From Anthoceros angustus (taxonomy: Eukaryota; Plantae; Anthocerotophyta): 64,000 nucleotides of DNA. A program made the position numbers and the translations under genes. Position 1 is the stretch's first letter. Every line of letters starts with the position of its first letter. Of the stretch, positions 26,811 to 38,208 are shown piece by piece. The stretch lies in the NCBI GenBank assembly GCA_010909165.1, contig MU008164.1, forward strand, positions 124,001 to 188,000. Reading direction: 5' to 3'. The notes under the pieces are model-generated. The model ran no database searches and had not been told where the DNA came from. It saw only the letters and a list, made by a program, of their open reading frames with translations.

Positions 26811-27212
26811 GTCAGCAATACGTTTTATATAGTTGTGTAAATTATGGGGAGGCACTAGGAGTACGGGGGAACAGGTGTCGAGGGGCCTGGCTGCAGTCAC
26901 CATAGTGGTGGCTGTTACTGGTCCCGTTTATAATCGATTCTTGCGGTGTTTTGATTGGGGAGTGATCGTAAGGATTTTTGTGGTCAAGATTTGTGCTTGC
27001 TTGCTCATCACCCTGCTAAGGTAGCAGATCCAATATGCAAATGACTGCAAAGCAAAGCACTTCACAAGTTTATGGGAAGGTCGTCGAGGCTGAGAAGTGA
27101 AAGAGAACCGCCTTGTATTTCTGCATGCATGTATGTCTGCCCTCTGCCAGGACACGTTTGTTGAAGCTTTCATTCTCACCAGAGAACAGACAATTTGAGT
27201 TGATTTAAGAAC

Positions 27213-28822
27213 ACAAGGGAGTTCCTCTGTGGGGGCATTCCTCCAACAGGGACGACCACTTGTGCTACGCGCTGCGCGTAGCGTGTAGCACATTCCTTCC
27301 TCTCCATGCCTTTCGCCTTCCACTTCACCACCACGTTGGGAGGTTTTCTTTTTCCTCCTTCAATTTGACAACGATATTTCCAAACGTGCTGACCACTCTG
27401 GAGGTCCACGAGCGAGAGGAATAGAAAAAACCATCTCCACTCTGGAGGTCCATGCGCGGGAGGAATAGAAAAAAAAATCTCCCTTCTGGATGTCCATGAG
27501 TGAGAGGAATAGGAAAAAAAATTCTCCATTTTGGAGGTGCATGAGCGAGAGGAATAGAAAAAAAAATCTCCATTCTGGAGGTCTATGGAATACGATCTGG
27601 TCGCGCAGCATCTATATTTTTTAGGGTTATGGACAGAAAAAAATAGTCCCACCGTATGCGGTATGTCACGCATGACCACATCGGTCGGGGCTGCGATCCC
27701 CCGATGTACCGATGTCGTCAACCTACCCGATGATGCACACAAAGTTTTCACGATACACAGAAACTTTTTTTCTCTCGAGTTTAGGGTTGCATTTAGGGTT
27801 ATTTGCGCTCGCGCTATTGCGGCATGCGTCGCGCCAGATGCTGTAAAGGGTTGCGCTTGGCGCGTTAGGCTTTGTAATTGCGTTTACGCTGCACTCATCG
27901 TTTGTGTTTGCGGTGCGGCTAAGTGCGTTTGCCCTTGCGTGTGGGGCTTGCTGTGTTTGGCAATGCCGTGACTGTGGTCGCAACGCTTCCTGCGCCTATG
28001 GGGCTCTGTTCACATGGCACTAAGTACCCTGAAACAAGCTTGTACCAGAAGGACCAACAAAAGAAGGGCTTCCATGAAAACAATCGCACAGATACGAGGC
28101 TTGCACCCAAAAAAGCCTGTATTGCACACGTGTAAAGTTCAAAGGGCCTACTGGACCACATAATGCAACAGATCGATCTCGCCTACGCCCAGGCGTGGCT
28201 TCACCGGCCCACCGCAGTACTTGGCTCTCCTCGCCTCCCGCACTCGCACAATGTCGCTGCTAGGAAAAGCGGTACATATCGGGGAGGAAATGGGAACCGT
28301 GCACGCGGGCCACACTTGCGCCCAAAATTTGTGCATGTGTGTCTTGGCCGCTTGTTTAGCATGTATGTGTGGTAATTGGAACCCTAAAACCCTTATAAAC
28401 AAGAAAACATGTGCATGACACAATCGGAACACCAGGCTAACATTGTGTCATAGAAAGTTTTACCTGCACGAACCTACCGGGTTGATGTGTAATGGCATAT
28501 ATGGTATTATCGTGGCATCCGAAAGATGCAAAGGTATATTTCCGTACCATACACCCAAAAAAAACCAAAGTCACACACATGAACCCGAGTGACCAGATCG
28601 GTATTCCATAGAGGTCCATGAGTGAGAGGAATAGAAAAAAAAATTTCCATTCTGGAGGTGCAGGAGCGAGAGGAATAGACAAAAAAAACCTCCCAACGTC
28701 CTGGTGAAGTGGAAGGTGGAAGGCAAAATGAATGGAGACCGCATTGCAGCGCATACCATGTAGCACAAGTGGGGAATGCTGGTCCTGTTGGGGGGAATGC
28801 CCCCACAGGGGAACTCCCTTGT
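27213..28822. mobile_element. Foldback / long-TIR non-autonomous element (MULE- or FB-like)
   Basis: ~140 bp inverted repeats ACAAGGGGAGTTCCTCTGTGGGGGCATTCC...GTTGGGAGGTTTT (27213-27352 vs 28681-28822). A second IR pair lies at ~27578-27605 / 28590-28617. A 43-44 bp GGAGGTCCATGAGYGAGAGGAATAGAAAAAA array lies at 27390-27590 and 28605-28690. No clear TSD. Confidence 0.65.
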
Positions 28823-28914
28823 CAATCACTTCTGCCTGCAATTGCTTGCATCTCTTTGTAAAAGTAGTGCAATCAGCCAGAATCGGTCTTTTCATTTTAT
28901 TGTAAGCCCTATTC

Positions 28915-29170
28915 AGGTAGGAAAATTGTTGGATCTGGGGTAAACGATCTAGCAATGCTCCCCATTTGTATTGGCAATATTACGCTTATCTATGCGCGCT
29001 GCAGTCTGGGTGGTCTCTTTGAGTTCTTGCATCATCTATGCTTACAAGCACTTTGGAATCCAATGTCAATGTGAAGTGGCTTGCTTCTGAATTTTGTTTG
29101 GCAGGTGAAGGAATCAGGGCTAGTGTGGTTTTGAAATAAGCATATGCATCCACAGTCCTCATCTGGTCTG
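28915..29170 (+). pseudogene. RING E3 relic copy C (exon 2 / intron 2 remnant); its upstream piece lies at ~27090-27200, before the foldback element
   Basis: GGAAAATTGTTGGATCT...AGCAATGCTCCC...CTGGGTGGTC...GGAATCCAATGT matches 33355-33600. AACCGCCTTGT...TTTCATTCTCA at ~27105 matches the segments upstream of the parent (~30465) and of copy B (~24720). Confidence 0.6.
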
Positions 29171-32100
29171 ACGTGACCTCTTGGACTGGATAGAAGAAGA
29201 AGAAAAGTCTATTATAGTCTAGGGATAAGCGGGGTTACTTCTTCCCCTATGTCGATTGTGCCCCTTTGACCGTTGGATGACTTCAAATAGTTTTGTCTGC
29301 AAGATATCCATAGAATGATAGCCCATAGAATATGCGAGGCACATCCAGTTATAGCCCCGATTTCTCCCCTCCTGGAGCCACCAATATATTTTGCATAGAT
29401 CGATCTGCAAATAGTGCGCATCCTAGCAGTTTAATAAAAAAATGGTTCTTGCATTCTTATCACAATTCATGTCACAACTCACCATCAATCCATGCTTGAA
29501 CTACACACCAAACAAATCAAAAGCACACATCTAGAGGGTGTGAGGTATACAAAAACGTACAAGAACCTTGAGAAAACATATTAGAGAGCAGTAAGGACGG
29601 TGTCGCTTCGACGGTGATCAGACAACAAGTCGACGGGAAAGCGGTGTCTACAGATGCTTGCCGTGCATCTCGACACATCATGCGCCTGGTGGAAGACCTA
29701 GGTAATTTCATGTCAATCAGCTTTGATTATTAACAGGCTAATGCTTTTTGCAATTTTGCAATTGTTGAGCAAAGCAGGATTTTCGAGCCGAAGAAGCAGA
29801 AGGCAAACGAACTGCTTTTAAGAGTTCAAGTCGCCTAAGGTACTCCTGGATATGCATTTCGAAGTCATCGAGGTATATTCAGACCTACAGTTGATATGCC
29901 AATGTGCGGGTATATATATGGCTTAGTGTGTTGCATGCAACTTAAGGAGAATGCATTGAAAAATCCCAAAACAAAACATCAGAAAAACTGCTATCTCACA
30001 ACGATAGATAAAAGTTCGTTCGACGCTATCCCAGGTTCGACGCTATCCCAAGCCTATCTTCTTGACAACTATCAGAGATTACATCACTGGCATAAGATTG
30101 CTCCGAAAAATTCATTCTGATGACGTAGAGACTACAAAAATTCATTCTTATGATGTAGAGACTACAACTTGTCGCCTAATGGAACTTAATGCCGTCGTCG
30201 ACACACTGCAAATTGCTTGCATCATGAAGAACGCCATCATCAGCGCACTACAAATCGCTCGCATCATGAAGAACGTTGTTGTAGAACTTGCTGTAGACAT
30301 TCCTGAAGCATATTTCACTGATCAATTGAAGTCCTAACTGGTGATTCAACCCACTTCCAACCAATTGCAAGTTGTTGAGACTTTGAACCTCATACATGGA
30401 TTGGGGGAATATCCTCTAGGTAGAATACCTAAGGCCAATGTCGACGAACAAGAATCGAATGAGATAAACCGCCTTGTGTGTCTGCATGTGTGGATAATGG
30501 TAAGTCTACCCTCTACAATACACGTGTGTTGCGGATTTTCATTCTCAACACAGGACAGAATGTACATGCAACCGCTCATAAGATGCAGACGTTACCAAAC
30601 GGAGTTGATGTATGTGTGTATGTCATTCATGATATGTACGCGTTCAAATTGAAGAAACAAAGTTCAAACCGGAGTTAATGATTGAGAGGCTATGCACTGC
30701 CTAGCGCCGTGTAGCCCGAGTGGCAGCGCCTGGCGGGCGCTCGCTCAGTACCGGTCGGCGGTCGCGACCGGCGAGGGTTTAAACCGCGACCTGCGGTTTT
30801 GTGACCACCTGACAAGAGTGACCTGGTTCCGGGTCGTCCATTTGTGTTGACGCCGTGGGCGTCGGTCGATTGGTGTGTGGGGCCATCGATCTGAGTCGGG
30901 CGCTGGGCTGGGCTGGGCATGGCTTGCAGCGGCATCACCACTTCTGCCTGCACTTGCCTGCGTCTCCACCGGGATCTCCTTCACCACATCTCGCACTGAA
31001 GCACATCGCCGGGCTCGAACCCGGGTTCTGTCTCTACCGGATCTGCTGGATTTGCAGAATTGGAGCACCGGGGGCCCCTGCCTCCCCGGCCTGCGTGTGC
31101 GGAGCTCCAGAATTGGCTCAATCCCGGGGTTTGGCTTTGCTCTCGGAGGTGAGATTGGGGAGGAGAAATTTAGTGCCTGCGCATCAGAGCGGAGGTGAGT
31201 GTGGTGTGGATTGGGGTTTGCCGGGTGTCCGAATGTGTTGCTGGAATGAGGGGTTTGCAATTCAGGGGTCCGGCAGGCCTGGGTGGTGCTGGACCCCCGC
31301 GGATTTCGGCCATCCAGCTCCAGCGCACCGTGACAGGGTGTGTTGCTGGCGCTGAATCTGGGTGATGCATGGGGGATTAGGGTTGTGACGTGCGGACTCG
31401 GGGTGTGGAGTGCGCAGTAGGGTAGGATGTTTTGGAGGAGGGATGAGGTCTCCAGTGTATGGAAATTGTGGTGGAATTGGGTTTTGAAAGTATCCGGTGC
31501 GCAGATTGTCGTCATGCTGTCTTCTTGTATGGTATGAATGTGTCTATTTGCACCAGGGCGCTAAGCCCTTCTCGTGCCCCAAGGGAAGTTGTGCATGCAG
31601 GTTTAGTCTCCACGAGATGCAATGCAGTCTGTGTTTGTAGTATGGCCGCGGGCTGGATGAGCACTGTGGGTGTCTTCTTGGTGCCATGATACGTTATGGA
31701 GAAACCATGCTCACTGCCCTTCATGAGGTGCTCATGGTGGCGGGGAAGACTGAAATGGTTGGATTTCCCGTTTTTGAATGATTTGGCTTTCCAGATCGAG
31801 TGTTTCGGTGGCATCTTGTATTATGGTATGCTTTTGTATTCTGTGCGCATATTGTGCATGTCGTCATCCTTACAGTAAGCAGAGTGCTTGAGCCCTGATC
31901 CTTTATGACTTTGTGGTTAAGTATTTATGCTAGGAGAAGCGTCTGATTATGGGTCAAGTTCGTTCTCTGGTACCAGAAAGACTGTCAGGCTGACGCTCAC
32001 CTTCTTGCCGTCCTGTGTAGGGATTCACACACCCCGCCTATGATGATTACATAATGTGTAAAAGTCTGGCGCAGGCTCTTTGGTCTGGAAGCAGCTATTT

Positions 32101-32460
32101 CTCGGGGAGCTTGGAGCAATCCAGAGTGTCCTCCTGGTGATGGTTGCAAAGACGTGTGCCATCGATGCTATCGGCTTCTATGCCCCCCGGGCAAAAGTCT
32201 GAATACAGATGCACTAGGACAACGGCGGTTTCCAAAAAACTAGATTAACGGTTGAAAAGATCATGATGTGCATGCGACCAATCAGGCAGCAACATCAGCT
32301 TGTTACATAGGGTTGAGACATCCTCGGGAGTTTGAGCTTGGTCAAGGATCAAGGGTGTGCCTGATCTGAAGTTGGTGGGCAGGCACAGAAAACTTGCTGA
32401 ATTGATTACCCAGCATTGAGACTGCTGCGGGTTGTGTCAGCTGCTGCTGCCTTATTGTCG

Positions 32461-34464
32461 ATGGCTGGTGGGCGTGAAGAATTTTTGGAGTCCCAGCACA
32501 CTGATACATATCCTCTACTGATGGCCCATGCTTCTGCTTCTACTTCAGACTTGGATCACGTTGTAGTTGTCAGGCCAGGGATTGTTTCTGATCAAGATCA
32601 CAATGGGGGACACTATCAAAGTCTTAGTGGCGCTTCTGATTCCCAGGCCGAATCAGTGGTGGTTCCTGTAGGAGCGTTAAATGGACGTCCATCTGGAAAC
32701 TCGGTTTTAAGGCCTGATGCAGCAGCGGCAACACCAACCTCTGCTGGCACCTTGCCCCCGAGGTCAAATGGAGCCTCAAGTGCATATGGCGGTACACGGC
32801 AGAGGACAAGTCCTTTGAATTCTGGACCGTGGATCTCCTTTGAACTCTGCATCACAGTGAGCCAGATTGTTGCCTCCATTGTAGTACTTTCTATCTCCAG
32901 GGACGAGAAGCCACAAACACCTCTCGGTTTGTGGATTGCTGGCTATGCTGCTGGCTGTCTTGCCACTCTTCCTCTGCTGTACTGGCGATATACTCATCGG
33001 TATGTCCGTCTTCGGGATCAGGACACTCTCCCAACTTCTTCAACCAACCCTCCTGCTCACACCTCCACTCCCTCTAATGACACATCGTCCTACGTGTCCC
33101 TTTCATTGCCTGCTGCACATGATGAAGAATCAGAAGGGGATCCAAGGTCGCAAAATGCAGATAATCAGGGCACAGAGAGTTCTGGTTCAGGGTACGTTCA
33201 CAGCTAGTGCATGGTCTTGTCATATTGCCCTTTGCTTGCCTTTCCTGCTTCTCACCAGCAGTTGAAGTGTGCTGTGGATCTTTTGCAGGTTTGAAACAGC
33301 GGTGGAAAGATTCAAAATAGTTCTCGATTGTTTCTTTGCAGTCTGGTTTGTGGTGGGAAATGTTTGGATCTTTGGTGGACGATCATCGTCCAGCAATGCT
33401 CCCAATTTGTACAGGTAATGCTCATCTCTGCGCACTGCTGTCTGGGTGGTCCCACGTGTTCTTGCATGATGCTTGCAAGCACGTTGGAAGCCAATGTGGT
33501 TGTGCACTTTTTGAGTGGCTTTGTATTGACTTTTTGGTTTGGCAGCCGAAGGATGCATGTGAAGCATTAGAGCTAGTTGTGAAATGAGCATATGCATCTG
33601 CTTCCTTAGTTGGATGCGTGAGTGAGGATCCCTCGTCAAACGTAAGCGGAATGAGGCTGGATGCATATGACAACTTGAATTTTTGCAGTTAAGCCTGATG
33701 TGAGTGCATGGCATTCCTGCCTTGCTTTTGCATGTCATGTACGGATGAAGTCTTCTATAACACGTGCGTTTCCTTGTCAACACAGGTTGTGTATTGTTTT
33801 CTTGACTTTCAGCTGCATTGGGTATGCAATGCCATTTATCCTCTGTGCGACCATATGTTGCTGCCTACCTTGCATCATCGCTCTGCTGGGCTTCCGGGAG
33901 GAGGACAGGCAGGGGCGTGGAGCTTCAGAGGAAGCTATATCAGCATTGCCAACTTACAAGTTCAAGGCCAAGGGTGGAAGTCAGGATGGCAAGGCTAAGG
34001 AGGACACTGAGTCAGACACTGAGGCTGCAGGGGAGGGTGGCATTGTTGGATTCGGCACAGATAATGAACGAGTCGTCTCGGCAGAGGATGCAGTGCGTCT
34101 ACTTTCCTGCTAATTAACTTGTGCCCTGTTTTGGATTTGTGGTGGTGAATTGTACAGTAGCGGGCATAGTTGGTTCTAGTTCTAGTTCTAATTGATGTTT
34201 CCTTCCTTGAACCTGGATGCACAGCTGTGCTGCATCTGCCTGGGCAAGTACAAGCATGAGGTGGAGTTGAGGGAGCTTCCGTGTTCGCATCATTTCCACG
34301 TCGAGTGTGTTGACAAGTGGTTGAAGATTAATGCTTCTTGCCCCTTGTGCAAGAAGGAGGTTGGAGGAGCAAGCGAGACCCAAGATCAGGCCAGTGAGGC
34401 AGCTGAAGAGAGGGACGCTGCACAAACTGCTACAGGAGCAGAGGTGGCTGCCAGATCTGGTTGA
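32461..34464 (+). CDS. Transmembrane RING-H2 E3 ubiquitin ligase (At1g63170/At4g11680-like), 4 exons, 467 aa
   Basis: Exons 32461-33191, 33289-33414, 33786-34092 and 34225-34464, all introns GT-AG. Motifs [70 protein letters not shown], and RING-H2 CCICLGKY...[26 protein letters not shown]. Confidence 0.95.
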
Positions 34465-34924
34465 CGCCTCGCCTTGTAGAGTAACAAAGATGGGGGCACT
34501 GTGCCTAGATGGGCTCACGTGCAGTACTCTAGCAAGTTGTTAAGAGTCTCGCGTCAACCCTTTGGGACTGCTTTCCGAGTGAGGAGTCACATCAGCAATC
34601 TAGATCGTTGAGAAGTGATAGGTTACTGATCCAACGTGGTGTCGGCTAAGAAGCAGGTCGCATCCCAAGTTCCAACATCCTGCTTTTGGTTTTGCAGGCA
34701 CCCTCAGAAAACCATCTTCGGTAATTTGGAGTATCCAGCTCCGTTCTGTTACCGGATGTGAATATCTTTGGGACAGTCTTCATGTCCTTCAACATGGAAT
34801 TGCGTCCGCTGAGTCTCTCGTGTCCTCATTTCTCGACGTAATGTACATTTTTGCTACCTATTTAAGTGACAGGCTTTTGAATTTGGGTCCAGCCAGTTTA
34901 ATTGCTATGTTTTCCGGTAGAGGG

Positions 34925-36916
34925 TCAGTCGGGCAAGATAGGGAGTCGGCTGACGCTGGTTCCTCCCGTGCTTGAGAGTTGTTTGCCATCTTCCTCACCT
35001 TCCAGAGCAGGCACAGCAGAGAGCGCGGCTGGAGCAGCAGAAGAGTGGGAAGGGAGAATCCTGAGGCGGAGCTTGGCATCACTCCCAGCCTTCTCCGTGG
35101 CCAGCTGATAGCCTTCCGCCAGCTTCTCCTGCAAGCCGATAACATCAATGCTCCTGGGAAGCAGCTCCACCGGCTGACCCCTGGGAATCACGATCCGCTC
35201 TATGGCCTGCCGCGCTTCCTCCAGCGCATCTATCCTCTCCTCCGACGTGCTACTGCTACCCCGCTCCCTGCTCTGCTCCGCGTCCCTCTCCCTCAGTGCA
35301 TCCGACGACACCCACGCGTTGCTCACCAGCGACTCCATCCCCAGAATTGCCCGCAACGCCCTCACCATCTGCGCCATAGTGTTGGCCTTGATGGCGAAGA
35401 TTGGAAGCTGCCGGAACTTGGCCATTCCCCGCACCCAGGAGTTCTGCTTCAACTTGCTCCTCAGCGCCAGCACGGCGTCCGCGGCCCCGATGTCGTCCGT
35501 CAGCTGCACGGCCTTCTCCAGCCCCATCACCTCCATCACCTGCTCCAACGCCGCCTCCGTCACCTGGTACGCAAAGAGCTTCAGAGGCGGGTCGCCTAAA
35601 CCCCAACCCTTGCCGCCATCTCCCGCCACATAGTCCTCCTCCTCCGAGCTCTCCTCATCGCTCTCACCATCGCTGCTGGTGCATCCATCCTGTGAAGCTT
35701 GGCCTTCCATGGAAGCAGAAGAGGCGATCACCTGTCCCGCATCCGTCATCCTTCGCACCTCCACCAGCGGAGTGCGCCCCGCGAGAAGAGCGTCCACAGT
35801 GGCCGCCAGGCTTCGGTGCACGCGCCACTCGCTCCTGGACACCATCTCCACCGCGGCCGTGAAGGTCGGCGGGCCCATCCGCTCCAGCACGCTCTTCTGC
35901 ACTCCCCGCCTTCGAGCCTCCTCGTCCCCGAGCGTCACGCTCTGGATCCCCCCCGCCAAGCTCTGCAGGGACGGATTCTTGATGAGGTTATCCACAGTCA
36001 TGCCGTGCGCGGTGGCCACCAGCTGCACTCCCCGCTGGGCGATGGTCCCCGCTGCAGCAGCCTCCCGCTCCGTCCCGATCTCATCAATCACGATAGTCTG
36101 CGGCATGTGATTCTCCACGGCCTCGATCATCACATGGTGCTGCATCTCCACCCTCGCCACCTGCATCCTCCTGGCCCTCCCGATCCCGGGATGCGCGATG
36201 TCCCCGTCCCCACCGATCTCGTTCGAGGTGTCCACCACCACGACGCGCCTGGCGTACTCGTCCGCCAGCACCCGCGCCACCTCCCGGATGGCCGTGGTCT
36301 TCCCGACCCCGGGCGGGCCCATAAGCAGCAGCGAGCCTCCCCCGGCCACCAGATCTCGCACCATCTCCGCGCTCCCCGAGATGGCCCGCCCCACCCGGCA
36401 TGTGAGCCCGACGATCTTCCCTCCTCTGTTCCGGATCGCGCTCACCCGGTGCAGCGTCCTGTCGATCCCCGCCCGGTTGTCCTCCGCGAAATCCCCGACC
36501 ACGGCCACGGCTCTCGCCAAATCCTCTGCCGACACCGCCTGCTCCGAAATCGGCCAATCCCCGGACGGGAATCTGGCCACCGGCCGCCTCCCAAGGTCCA
36601 GCACGATCTCCACCAGTCCCTGGATCTCCTCATGCTGCACCAGGCTCTCCCGCAGCGGCTCCGCCACCAGCGCCACCAGCTGCTGCAGCTCCCCTTCCAA
36701 TGCGCCTTCTTGCTCTAGCCCTTGCCCTTGCCCTTGCCCCAGCCGCCTCGTCGTCACGCTCTGCCCTCCACCATGGCCACACCACCCGGTCACGTGCCGG
36801 AGCAGGCTCACGTGCTCTACGTTCCACCTCCCGCGTCCGCCATAGCCACAATCTCGAGCTCGGGTCGTGAACCCGACGCGGACGCCCACGCGCGGGGCCA
36901 CGACCAGGCAATTCAT
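34925..36916 (-). CDS. ycf45: ycf45-like / SpoIIIAA-type P-loop ATPase (SPD1 family), intronless, probably plastid-targeted
   Basis: 663-aa ORF with EIVLDLGRRP, GLTCRVGRA, Walker A GPPGVGKT, VVDTSNEIGGDGD, VENHMPQTIVIDEIG, ATAHG and IQSVTLGDEEA. Confidence 0.9.
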   Translation of the reverse strand: MNCLVVAPRVGVRVGFTTRARDCGYGGRGRWNVEHVSLLRHVTGWCGHGGGQSVTTRRLGQGQGQGLEQEGALEGELQQLVALVAEPLRESLVQHEEIQGLVEIVLDLGRRPVARFPSGDWPISEQAVSAEDLARAVAVVGDFAEDNRAGIDRTLHRVSAIRNRGGKIVGLTCRVGRAISGSAEMVRDLVAGGGSLLLMGPPGVGKTTAIREVARVLADEYARRVVVVDTSNEIGGDGDIAHPGIGRARRMQVARVEMQHHVMIEAVENHMPQTIVIDEIGTEREAAAAGTIAQRGVQLVATAHGMTVDNLIKNPSLQSLAGGIQSVTLGDEEARRRGVQKSVLERMGPPTFTAAVEMVSRSEWRVHRSLAATVDALLAGRTPLVEVRRMTDAGQVIASSASMEGQASQDGCTSSDGESDEESSEEEDYVAGDGGKGWGLGDPPLKLFAYQVTEAALEQVMEVMGLEKAVQLTDDIGAADAVLALRSKLKQNSWVRGMAKFRQLPIFAIKANTMAQMVRALRAILGMESLVSNAWVSSDALRERDAEQSRERGSSSTSEERIDALEEARQAIERIVIPRGQPVELLPRSIDVIGLQEKLAEGYQLATEKAGSDAKLRLRILPSHSSAAPAALSAVPALEGEEDGKQLSSTGGTSVSRLPILPD

Positions 36917-37631
36917 CTCCCATGGTCTCTCGTTTCTATCACATGGCTCATGTATCCATCCTGTTTCAGTTCCATGAGGATGATGATGAATGTCACATGT
37001 TCTTTCGGGTTTATATCACTAACCATCTTCTTGACCTTGAGGGGAAACACTTCCAACCACATCTTGCCCCTGCGATCCTATGATCCGGAATTCGAACCTC
37101 CGTCGGTTAGTGGCGAGAGCGTTCTGTGCTAACCAGTGGCACGATGACGATGGATGTGTGTCGTAATTGTTGTAGCATTTTCTCAAAATTATTTTATCCA
37201 TAATAATGTGGCATCTTACCCGCTAACCCGAGCTCCAGGTTCACATAGCCCCGGCGCGGTTACAAATATCTCTGCCCGCTAACCAAATATCTTGACAACC
37301 AGACAAATCGCATCCTGTTCGTGTGGCACTGCCTCCACCACCACTCCCTCCTCCCGCAAAAGCCTACGGCGCAAAAGGGGGCTGCGTCTACACACCTCCG
37401 GATACAGCCCTAAAAGAAGCGCCCGGCTAAGAAATGCCCAGAATGTGCGGGAGCGTTTAGTCCGGATGCCGCATTGATATCGTCCGCCCGGGCTACAGCT
37501 TCTCACATTTTAGGCCGCTGTCACGACTAAAGGGGAGGCGGAACAGTGGGGGGTTAGAGAAGCGGCAGGGCTTGAGAGGGTTGTGGGTGTGAGACGTTCT
37601 TAGTCCGGGTGCTGAAGTAGGGCAGCGGCTT

Positions 37632-37640
37632 AAACCCTAA
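37632..37640 (+). promoter_or_regulatory. Telo-box AAACCCTAA in the divergent ycf45/RH3 intergenic region
   Basis: Exact AAACCCTAA about 570 bp upstream of the RH3 ATG. The motif is typical of plant ribosome-biogenesis and translation gene promoters. It is a single short motif, so a chance occurrence is possible. Confidence 0.35.
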
Positions 37641-38208
37641 ACCATCTGCTACTTGGTGCACGAAGCTCGCAGCCTTTCTGTCCTTTCAGATTGTGTGCTG
37701 CTGCTGTTGCTGCTGCGCAACTGTTCGTCGAGGAGGTCGACAGCATCTCTGTTTCCGCCTCGCCTGTCTTTGGTGAGCGTCTAGACTGCCCGGTCTGTGT
37801 GTGCCGATGTTGGGCGTGGCAGGGTTTGGATGTTCCTAGAAGGTTCTGCATTTTGTTAGGGATGGTTTGTTGTCGCGTTCGGAGGGACGGTGGGGTGAGG
37901 TTTTGTAGCCCTCGTTGTATTCATTTGTACGTGTGTGGTGGAGAGTCTGGTGGGCTGGGTGCCGGGATCGCTGTCCTTTGCTTGAAGGTGAGTGTTGTGG
38001 TGGCGGCGGGAGTTGGCATCGTGGATGATGGTGGCGAGCTCATGTGGACTCTGTTGTTGATCGGTGATGGTGTTGAGTGGATGCAGGCTTGGCGCTGAGG
38101 GGGTTGCCTCCTTCAATATATTTGTTGGAGTGTGTTGTTGGAGACATCAGCGTGGCGCCAATAACGGGCAGGGAGGTTGGCGTCCGAGCGCTGCTCTGGG
38201 TCAGAGCC

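Noticed and set aside
29900-30340. Short ORFs with internal repeats (DVETT; LQIA.IMKN)
   Set aside because: They result from 30-42 bp tandem duplications, with no homology recognised and no gene structure.
34979-36845. Long + strand ORFs (e.g. 35699-36718, 339 aa) antisense to ycf45
   Set aside because: Shadow ORFs caused by high GC and codon bias; the products are compositionally biased with no motifs.
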